The notes: generated by a model not told the origin, from the letters alone. Counted from the stretch's first letter, positions 1-7,844 are shown. The stretch is 9,012 nucleotides of DNA from Octopus sinensis (GCF_006345805.1 NW_021828210.1:1-9012); one strand, 5' to 3'. Numbers and translations are program-made.

Positions 1-843
1 CCATTTTTTGGAACTTACACGAGACAAAACCTGCCTCTCCATTCTCATCTTCCATTTCAAGTGGTACTTGAAAAAGTTTGTGAGCGATTGGTCAGAGAGG
101 TGAGTGTTTGTCCCTAATCCTTTCGCTCGAGTCCACCACACACATTCTTTCACCATGGCCACCAGTACGGTGAAGACTGACTTGCCTTCCCGGTTGAGGG
201 AAGATGGCTGAGCAATATTCATGATAAAACCCGGCCGACAGGCAGATTCGTCCCACACGTGACAGCAGCCGTTCGGCATAAGCCCACAGGTCTGAAAAGT
301 TTGGACACTGCACGAGTGCGTGCAGAACGGCTTCGTCGCTCCCACTGCATCTCGGGCAAGTCGGTCTGGTGTGTCTCGAACCGTGCATGTAGAGCTTATC
401 CCGAACTGTTAATGCTTCTCGATAGCCCTGCCAGGCCAGGGATCTTTGGTCCCGGCTAGAAAGTTGTCCTGAACAGGCGGGTCAGGTGTTCCTCGTCGAC
501 GCCTAGATTCTTCTCGAGAACGTCGTCGCACCTCCCCTCCACTAATCCTCTATAGAGCGCCTTTGTTGTAATGAAGTCGCACAAGTTTGGTCCCGGACGG
601 CAGGGTTGCTTGAGAGCAACGCGACATTCGCGGTGCCATTCGCCTAGCCTCGGTCTCTGTTTGGTTCACGACTGTAGGTCGGCCAAGGAGACGAGCTGCG
701 GGAAAGCGCGCCGCACAGACGGCGACCACACCTGTTCACCGTCGTCTATGAAGCACCGGAGATGTCGCAGTCTCAGCGCATGTCTGCGCATCATCAACCA
801 CAGCATGCCTAGCCCTCCATTTAGCGGGTGTTGACAGCAAATG
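1..843 (-). mobile_element. Decayed non-LTR retrotransposon (L1/Tx1-type) ORF2 C-terminal fragment with zf-RVT-like CCHC zinc knuckle; 5'-truncated, runs off the window start
   Basis: Manual minus-strand translation: SICCQHPLNGGLGMLWLMMRRHALRLRHL...SLADLQS*TKQRPRLGEWHRECRVALKQ...LTRLFRTTF*PGP / RSLAWQGYREALTVRDKLYMHGSRHTRPTCPRCSGSDEAVLHALVQCPNFSDLW...CLSA / IMNIAQ...VAMVKECVWWTR...FFKYHLKWKMRMERQVLSRVSSKKW. CX2CX8HX4C at 305-358, preceded by LAW..REAL.VRDKL, is typical of the L1/Tx1 ORF2 C-terminus. In-frame stops at 666-668 and 456-458; frameshifts near 441-447 and 226-229. GC content is visibly higher than the rest of the window. Confidence 0.85.
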
Positions 844-921
<78 letters not shown>

Positions 922-942
922 GAGATAGATAGATAGATAGAT
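844..942. repeat. (GATA)n microsatellite, about 25 units, one GAGA variant near 920-923
   Basis: Read directly; explains the YLSI repeats in ORF 666..1004. Confidence 0.98.
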
Positions 943-969
943 GTATTATTCATTGAAAGTAAAACACGT

Positions 970-992
970 ACACACACACACACACACACACA
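970..992. repeat. (AC)n microsatellite
   Basis: Read directly. Confidence 0.95.
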
Positions 993-1137
993 TGAATACA
1001 CCAACCAGTGCAGATAAACCCGAACGGATTGCTTGACTTAAAGAAAAGAGCCTTTTCACTTTGTTAGTGACTTGGTCTAAATTCTACAACGGTAAACACG
1101 TCAACAAAATCGACATATATACCTACATACATAGATT

Positions 1138-1140
<3 letters not shown>

Positions 1141-1172
<32 letters not shown>

Positions 1173-1198
1173 CACACACACACATACACACACACACA
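1141..1198. repeat. Interrupted (AC)n microsatellite
   Basis: Read directly. Confidence 0.95.
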
Positions 1199-1663
1199 GC
1201 TTTTCTTTATGCAAGCTTCATTCAATACGATTATGTTCAAGTTTCACTATTTGTATCTTAAATTTTTCTCAGACTTCCTTATTAAATTTTTACAGTTGAT
1301 TTGGAACAGGAGAGACTCGATTGCGAACACATTGATCAAAATATTGCCACGTGGCTATTGACAATAAGAATGATTATAATAATAATAATAGTAAACAAGA
1401 AAATTGCAACAAAGCTGCGTGATGCTGGTGTCAGATGAAGCATGCAGACCGTCGTATAAATTGTTTTAGTCTTCTCTTCCGTCTTATTTTGACATGCGCA
1501 CTGCGTTCTCATTCTCCTTTTCTGTTTTACGAATCCACTGTGCACATGCACATTCCGTGTTCATACTTCTTTTTCCTATTCCTACTCAAAACTGTTTATA
1601 GATTACAACCATCTGACGTCCGTGAGGAAGGTTTCGCTCTCCGAGGATTGTAAAATAAAAATA

Positions 1664-1840
1664 CGCGCAACGTGGCTGTGTAGTAAGAAGATTGCTTCCC
1701 AACCACATGGTTCTGCATTCAATTCCACTACATGGAACCATGGGGGAGAATCTTCTACTACCGCCACGAATCAACGCATCCACCAAAGCCTTGTGAGTGA
1801 ATTTGGTAGGCGGAAACTGAAAGAAGCCCATCATATATAC
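1664..1840 (+). mobile_element. tRNA-derived SINE, probably CORE-type (octopus OR-like), diverged copy
   Basis: A-box-like TGGCTGTGTAG at 1673-1683, degenerate B-box-like CATTCAATTCC at 1716-1726, decayed core-like segment at ~1731-1760, and tail CCAAAGCCTTGTGAGTGAATTTGGTAGGCGGAAACTGAAAGAAGCCC followed by TA-rich sequence. Family assignment is from memory of octopus SINEs, not from a search. Confidence 0.7.
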
Positions 1841-1921
1841 ATTTGAACTCAGAACGTGAAGATGGGCGAGATGCTGCTAAGCATGAACCCGCTGTACAAA
1901 CGATTCTGCGACCTCACCGCC
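1841..1921 (-). mobile_element. tRNA-related head only of a second SINE family (truncated copy)
   Basis: Aligns by eye with 2078-2159: ATTTGAACTCAGAA..GT.AAGA.GG.CGA.ATGCTG.TAAGCAT...AAACGATTC.GC...CTCACCG.C. Confidence 0.75.
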
Positions 1922-1939
1922 TTGCAAACTCTAAAAAAA

Positions 1940-2159
1940 GTTGATTTCAAATTTTGGTACAAGACCAATAATTTCGGCGGCAGAGACAAGTCAATTAAAT
2001 CGACGCTAGTACTGAACAGCTATTTATTTTATCGACCCCGAAAGGTTGAAAGATAAGATAAAGTCGACCTCCGTGGAATTTGAACTCAGAATGTAAAGAC
2101 GGACGAAATGCTGTTAAGCATTTTACCCGGCGTGCAAACGATTCCGCCAGCTCACCGAC
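1940..2159 (-). mobile_element. Near full-length tRNA-derived SINE with Deu/Nin-like central domain
   Basis: Minus strand: A-box TGGCGGAATCG (2139-2149), B-box-like GTTCAAATTCC (2075-2085), then GGTCGACTTT...TTTCA.CCTTTCGGGGTCGATAAAATAA (resembles the Deu/Nin SINE domain as I recall it), and tail ...GTACCAAAATTTGAAATCAA. Confidence 0.75.
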
Positions 2160-2188
2160 TTGCAACCTCCAAATATTATAACATTTAC

Positions 2189-2545
2189 CAGTGACTCTCA
2201 TATGCTCTTTGAGGATCCATAAAAAATTTCTGGGAGTACACGTAAGCAAGATAATACATTGGGGAGCCACAGTAGCGTATTAAGACTCCATTAACAGATT
2301 TTGTAACAGAAGTTGTTATGTATTGCAAGAAACAGGTTTCTTTACCGTTTTATAAAATTCGACATGTTTCCAGCGGGAGAGTTCTGTTGCAAACTTGCAC
2401 AAGTGAATGGGTGAAGAACGAAATAAGAATTTTGAAAGAAATATCTATAAAACTAGTTTTTAAACATCGAATGGCTACGGGGCTCCACCTGAATGGAATA
2501 GTAATCAAGCGGGGTCCATAGGCAAAAAATGGTCGAGAACCACAG
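2189..2545. mobile_element. Probable degenerate hAT (Charlie-like) MITE
   Basis: Left end CAGTGACTCTCA (2189-2200); right end reads CTGTGGTTCTCGACC on the minus strand (2531-2545). Both resemble the Charlie-type TIR CAGTGGTTCTCAA. The right flank CTCCAGAC resembles the NTCTAGAN target, but the left flank ACATTTAC does not match, so no TSD is demonstrated. Confidence 0.45.
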
Positions 2546-2709
2546 CTCCAGACAAAACTTGAAAATGAGAAGTTTAGAAAAGTCAGATATGGATTTAGGA
2601 ATTCTACTGTTCGAAACAAACTGCAAAAAAGCTAATAAGAAATTATGAAACAAATAAAATCAATGAAGCTTGAGCATATATGGTGATATTTAATGAAACG
2701 CGCATTTAT

Positions 2710-2824
<115 letters not shown>

Positions 2825-3280
2825 TGTAAATAAGATATATTGACATATAGATGTGTGTGCATATCTGTCTATATGTCTATCTATTACGGCTTTCTGCCGA
2901 GATGGTCGGTTAATTTCTTTGCTCGTCGACCGAATTCTGTTGTGTTTCTTATTTATCCAGTGTCTGGTGGTTTTCGTAGAGGATTTTTTCAAATCTGATT
3001 TTTCACAATAATGCTGGTACCACGTGTGCCCTATTATAATTATATATTAATTATACAATTTTGGATTTACCTTTTGTTTGTTGCTTGTTGGCCACCTGTA
3101 TTATTGTTGTTATTAATTTTTCTGATGATAATAATTAATAGAAATATCTACATATTTTCGAATATTTATCCATTTAGTAATGCGTGTGTGTGTTTCCTAC
3201 TTCCCTGTAGCTCAAATATACTGAGCACTTTGATGTGTCCTATGTATAGAGAAAACTTCATTACTTGAGAATATATTATA

Positions 3281-3540
3281 TTCAGGGGACCACAGCTCTT
3301 GAATATCTTTCCTAAATGCCTGAGAGACGAGCATGTGTGGATATGGATTTCTTTAAAACTAAACTCGATCTTGTCACGGGTTCCAGATGAACTTACCTCT
3401 CGGCAGGAAACAGAGATGCGGGAAGCGGCGTCGAACTCCCTTGTTGACCAAGTGCCACGTATCAGAGGTGGTTTCACATACTAGTATAGCACAGTCAACG
3501 GTGGTGCCCCAGCATGGCCACAGCTTTCGGGCTGAACATT
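3281..3540 (+). mobile_element. 3' end of a CR1/L2-like LINE: decayed ORF2 C-terminus plus 3' UTR hairpin tail
   Basis: With frameshifts reads FRGPQLLNIFPKCLRDEH / VDMDFFKTKLDL / VPDELTSRQETEMREAASNSLVDQ...*. The L.N..P..LR...FK..LD..L..VPD.P pattern is typical of the CR1-group ORF2 end. Stop at 3482-3484, then tail GGTGGTGCCCCAGCATGGCCACAGCTTTCGGGCTGAA (3500-3536). Confidence 0.7.
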
Positions 3541-3574
3541 TTTAAGGACTTAAGGATTTTATATGTATATAATT

Positions 3575-3592
3575 ACACACACACACATATTA

Positions 3593-3637
<45 letters not shown>

Positions 3638-3656
3638 TATATATATATAATATATA
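3575..3656. repeat. Compound (AC)n/(TA)n microsatellite
   Basis: Read directly. Confidence 0.9.
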
Positions 3657-3781
3657 GAGGTCATTATACACATACATGCCACACGCTAAGAGGGACATTA
3701 GTCATTTCTAACCAAAAATTTTACTAATCATACCAATGCAATTTTCCAAAGCGTGTGGCATGTATGTGTAATAATGCCCTC
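3657..3781. mobile_element. 125-bp MITE-like hairpin element with 31-32-bp terminal inverted repeats, flanked by TATA
   Basis: GAGGTCATTATACACATACATGCCACACGCT (3657-3687) vs AGCGTGTGGCATGTATGTGTAATAATGCCCTC (3750-3781). The inner 21 bp are perfectly complementary; 62-bp spacer. Confidence 0.7.
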
Positions 3782-3904
3782 TATATATAAATTTATGTTC
3801 ATAAGAAAGAATTATTTTCGAAATTTTCTCTTATGAGGTTTTTTCACGCTATCTACCTGATATTTCTTGTTAAGATTCCTTATTAAGAAGTTTTCCTTAA
3901 TGTT

Positions 3905-3917
3905 TATATATATATAT

Positions 3918-4008
<91 letters not shown>

Positions 4009-4030
4009 ATATAAATATAATAATAATATA
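3905..4030. repeat. Interrupted (TA)n microsatellite
   Basis: Read directly. Confidence 0.92.
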
Positions 4031-4250
4031 GGGAATAAATCCAAATTTACAGGAAAAAATCAGATTTAGGATTAAATCCAATTATATTAAAATATATGAA
4101 ATATTATTAGAGACAAAAACCACTATTTTGCAAAACTAACAAGGAAACTTATCAATACATCAATTTTAATAAATAGTAAATAGTCAAAAAACCGCCACTA
4201 CAATCGTTTCTTGTCTTGATCGACAATCTTCAGGTGGACTTCCAATCTAA
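4031..4250 (-). mobile_element. Penelope-like pseudo-LTR-type repeat containing a hammerhead motif (left copy, longer)
   Basis: Contains the hammerhead at 4195-4237. 4093-4250 is repeated in inverted orientation at ~6425-6582. The PLE assignment rests on the established association of minimal type I hammerheads with PLE pLTRs; no PLE ORF is seen. Confidence 0.5.
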
Positions 4251-5233
4251 AAATCAATATTTTAAAATATAAAAATAATAATTTTAAAATAATTAAAGTA
4301 TGAATGAAAAAATATAAGTATAATCCATATATAACCTATATATAATCCATATATAATCAATATATAAACATATATAAACTAAAAAAACCTATCAACAATT
4401 AAATATAAACTATAAAATATAAATATAAATATAAAATATAAAATATAAAACAAAACAAAAAAATAATAATAATATAATAATAAACTATATATACACCCAT
4501 ACACATATACCTAATTATATATAACCATATCTAACTACATACACTAAATCACACACCTATATATATATCCCTATACATACACATAAAAACGTCTAGGCAA
4601 CTATATAAATAAAATAGCTAAATACTTCAACACAATACTTATTCATACTCCCACACACACACACATACAACCCACATTCACGCTCTAGAAAACGGACATC
4701 ACTCAAAACTATGAACGGAGAAATGGAATAAATGGAATTAAAAATTTATTCACTTGGTAAAAACGAACACTACTTAAAAATTATGAATGAAACAATGCAA
4801 TAAAACAACAGACATCGCAAATAGACACAAATTACTACGAATTCCTAACAAACCTATCATGATAAACCAAAAACTCATAAAACATATAATGATAAAATCT
4901 CCCTTTACTAAACTCTATAACAAACCTATATAGCAATCCCCCTAACCTAAACATTCACACACAAATACACACACATAAACCACACACCCACGACATATAC
5001 AAATACCCACACCACTTACACATACCAATACATACATATAAACCTCAACATATACTCCAAAAACCCACTCAACCCCACACAGACAATAACACAAAAATTA
5101 TGAATGGATTCTTTATAAAAACTACCATGATAAGCTAAACTCACAAAACAGAAATGATAAAACCTCCTTTACTAAACACTATAACATACTTATATAGCAA
5201 TCCCTTTAACCTATACATTCACACAAACAAAAA
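4093..5233 (-). repeat. Left arm of a ~1.15-kb inverted duplication
   Basis: Reverse complement of ~5427-6582, colinear from AAATATTATTAGAGACAAAA to CATTCACACAAACAAAAA, with scattered substitutions and indels. Confidence 0.92.
4195..4237 (-). ncRNA. Minimal type I hammerhead ribozyme motif (copy 1)
   Basis: Minus strand: CCAC-CUGAAGA-UUGUC(GAUCAA)GACAA-GAA-AC(GAUU)GU-A-GUGG. Stem I 4 bp, stem II 5 bp, stem III 2 bp; all core nucleotides present; GUA cleavage triplet. Confidence 0.75.
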
Positions 5234-5426
5234 TTCCATTTATTCCATTTCTCCATCATAATTTAGAGATGTTCGTTACCAGAGCGGTTATACTTTTTAT
5301 ACATATGTTAAGTTCCTTGGTAAAGTAATTTTTTTTGGTGTATATGTTGAGGCTTATATGTACTTGTGGGTGTTGTGAGTGGGGTGGGTGTTTGTATATT
5401 TGTATGGGTGTGTGGTTACGTGTGTG

Positions 5427-6582
5427 TTTTTTGTGTGTGAATGTATAGTTAAAGGGGATTGCTATATAAGTATGTTATAGTGTTTAGAAAGGAGTTTTAT
5501 CATTTCTGTTTTGTGAGTTTTAGCTTATCATGGTAGTTTTAATAAAAGAATCCATTCATAATTTTTGTGTTTATTTTTGTCTGTGGTGGGTTGAGTGGGT
5601 TTTTGGAGTATATGTTGAGGTTTATATGTATGTATTGGTATGTTAAGTGGTGTGGGTATTTGTATATGTCGTGGGTGTGTGGTTTATGTGTGTGTATTTG
5701 TGTGTGAATGTTTAGGTTAGGGGGATTGCTATATAGTTTTGTTATAGAGTTTAGTAAAGGGAGATTTTATATCATTATATGTTTTTATGAGTTTTTGGTT
5801 TATCATGATAGGTTTGTTAAGGAATTCGTAGTAATTTGTGTCTATTTGCGATGTCTGTTTGTTTTATTGCATTGTTTCATTCATAATTTTTAAGTAGTGT
5901 TCGTTTTTACCAAGTGAATAATTTTTAATTCCATTTATATCCATTTCTATTCCATTTCTCCGTTCATATTTTGAGTGTGTCCGTTTTCTAGAGCGTGAAT
6001 GTGGGTTGTATGTGTGTGTGTGGTGAGTATGAATAAGTATTGTGTTGAAGTATTTAGCTATTTTATTTATTTATAGTTGCCTAGACGTTTTTATGTGTAT
6101 GTATAGGGATATATATAGGTGTGTGATTGTGTATGTAGTTAGATATCGTTATATAAATTAGGTATATGTGTATGGGTGTATATATAGTTTATTATTATAT
6201 TATTATTATTTTTTTGTTTTGTTTTATATTTTATATCTTATTTTATATTTTATATTTTATAGTTTTTTATTTAATTGTTGATAGTTTTTTTTTTGTAGTT
6301 TATATATTGTATATATTGATTATATATGGATTATATATAGGTTTAATATGGATTATATACTTATTTTTTTTCATTCATACTTTAATTATTTTAAAATTAT
6401 TATTTTTATATTTTAAATATTGATTTTTTAGATTGGAAGTCCACCTGAAGATTGTCGATCAAGACAAGAAACATTTGTAGTGGCGGTTTTTTTGACTATT
6501 TATTAAAATTCTATGTATTGATTAAGTCTTTCCTTGTTAGTTTTGCAAATAGTGGTTTTGTCTCTAATAATATTTTATATAA
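5427..6582 (+). repeat. Right arm of the inverted duplication (same G/T-rich sequence continues leftward to 5234)
   Basis: Complementary to 4093-5233; 5234-5426 consists of further sub-repeats of the same element. Confidence 0.92.
6441..6483 (+). ncRNA. Minimal type I hammerhead ribozyme motif (copy 2)
   Basis: CCAC(6441-6444)-CUGAAGA(6445-6451)-UUGUC(GAUCAA)GACAA(6452-6467)-GAA-AC(AUUU)GU-A6479-GUGG(6480-6483). Confidence 0.75.
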
Positions 6583-6682
6583 ATATATATATATGTGTGT
6601 TGTGTGTGTATTATATATATATATGTAGTATATGTGAGAGCATATATATATACAGACACGCGCGCGCGCCACACACACACAC

Positions 6683-6740
<58 letters not shown>

Positions 6741-6750
6741 TATAGATATT
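6583..6750. repeat. Compound microsatellite: (TA)n, (TG)n, (CG)5, (CA)n, long (TA)n
   Basis: Read directly. Confidence 0.9.
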
Positions 6751-6754
6751 CACA

Positions 6755-6958
6755 TATTCAACACACTCTCTGTTACCAACTTTTCCGTCTTCCTTCTCTG
6801 GATCTTTCCTTTTCCTATGTTTCTGACGAAGAGCTCCGCTCGAAACGTTGAGCCCTCCTTCTTCCCTTCCTTCCTGAGCGTCCAATAATACTATATTTGT
6901 TCCAGTTCCTCGCGTTGTTTGTGTTTTCTCTTTGCGTTTTCACACGTTTGGATTAACA
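6755..6958 (+). mobile_element. Second Penelope-like pLTR-type repeat, pyrimidine-rich, containing a hammerhead-like motif
   Basis: Complex sequence bounded by microsatellites and centred on CTGACGAAGAGCTCCGCTCGAAACGT. Boundaries are approximate and the family assignment is inferred. Confidence 0.45.
6819..6853 (+). ncRNA. Minimal hammerhead-like motif with palindromic helix III (probably partly decayed)
   Basis: GUUU-CUGACGA-A-GAGC(UCC)GCUC-GAA-ACGU-U-GAGC. Core intact, with an extra A before helix II; loopless ACGU helix III; stem I has only 4 pairs, two of them G-U; GUU triplet. Confidence 0.55.
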
Positions 6959-7030
6959 TAATATATATATATATATATTTTATATATATATATAGTGTGT
7001 GTGTGTGTGTGTGTGTGGGGTGTGTAGGTG

Positions 7031-7065
<35 letters not shown>

Positions 7066-7079
7066 TGTATGTATATATT

Positions 7080-7133
<54 letters not shown>

Positions 7134-7260
7134 TATAGATATAACATGTATATATATATATGCACATAGACACACACACACACCCACACACACACACATA
7201 CACACACACATTACATTGACATTGACACACATGCTCACACATAGAAATACGTATATACAT
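6959..7260. repeat. Large compound microsatellite (TA)n/(TG)n/(CA)n
   Basis: Read directly; source of the YIYI/HTHT/VCVC pseudo-ORFs. Confidence 0.92.
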
Positions 7261-7781
7261 AAGAGCAGATGTAGTTTCTCTAAAGTATAAATCAATACTC
7301 TGTTTTGCCTCATCCGGTTGGGCAGATGTTAGTGACAAATACTAACAGAACACTGGATACTGCGCTGTGTAGTTAACAAATAACGTAGAAGTAATTCTCT
7401 AATTTAGATGATATTCCTCCAGCTTTTGTAGTTCAGATGACATTCTTCCACCTTCTGTAAGAAAGTTAAATTGAGTTTAGCTGCCAGGGATCTTAGAAGA
7501 CATAATATTTCTGACGCATCGTCTTGTCTTCATTATAAAATTGTGTACTGGTGTGTACGACGCATCTGTGTCTAGTTATTTCCTTTTCTGTCTATCTAAT
7601 TGTGTCTCTCTATATATTCGTGTTTGTCTGTTTGTGACAATGTCTGTGTGTCTATTGGTGGGTGTAATATGGAGTGAAGAGATGCGCGCTACAATACTGC
7701 TAAATGTAAGATATGATTTGTAATATACATTGTATAGAAAGTTTGTGTGTTACGTAACAGAGTATGTTTGAATATGAATAT

Positions 7782-7785
<4 letters not shown>

Positions 7786-7821
<36 letters not shown>

Positions 7822-7844
7822 GTGTGTGTGTGTGTGTCTGTATA
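7786..7844. repeat. (TA)n(TG)n microsatellite
   Basis: Read directly. Confidence 0.9.

Noticed and set aside
1336-1653. Overlapping ORFs 1336-1551 (-) and 1435-1653 (+)
   Set aside because: No recognisable domain; the poly-Ile stretch comes from an (AAT)n run.
1841-2159. tRNA genes suggested by A- and B-boxes
   Set aside because: No cloverleaf or acceptor stem; the boxes belong to SINE heads.
3115-3162. CTGATGA...GAAA hammerhead-like core at 3122-3144
   Set aside because: Helix II is mismatched and AT-only, and stem I cannot form (U opposite U); likely chance.
4775-5995. CRISPR-like or regularly spaced array
   Set aside because: Units are long, degenerate and irregular, with no constant repeat and unique spacer pattern; eukaryotic context, no cas genes.
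4241-6420. Mitochondrial insertion (NUMT) suggested by strong C/A vs G/T skew and hydrophobic ORFs at 5708-5893 and 6166-6423
   Set aside because: No recognisable mitochondrial protein, tRNA or rRNA motif; the hydrophobic translation follows from G/T-rich composition.
4031-6958. Autonomous Penelope element with RT/GIY-YIG ORF
   Set aside because: No long ORF and no RT or GIY-YIG motif in any frame; only pLTR-like non-coding parts are supportable.
7255-7342. Protein-like minus-strand segment [27 protein letters not shown] as a possible exon
   Set aside because: Weak splice signals, no recognisable homology, and short enough to be random.
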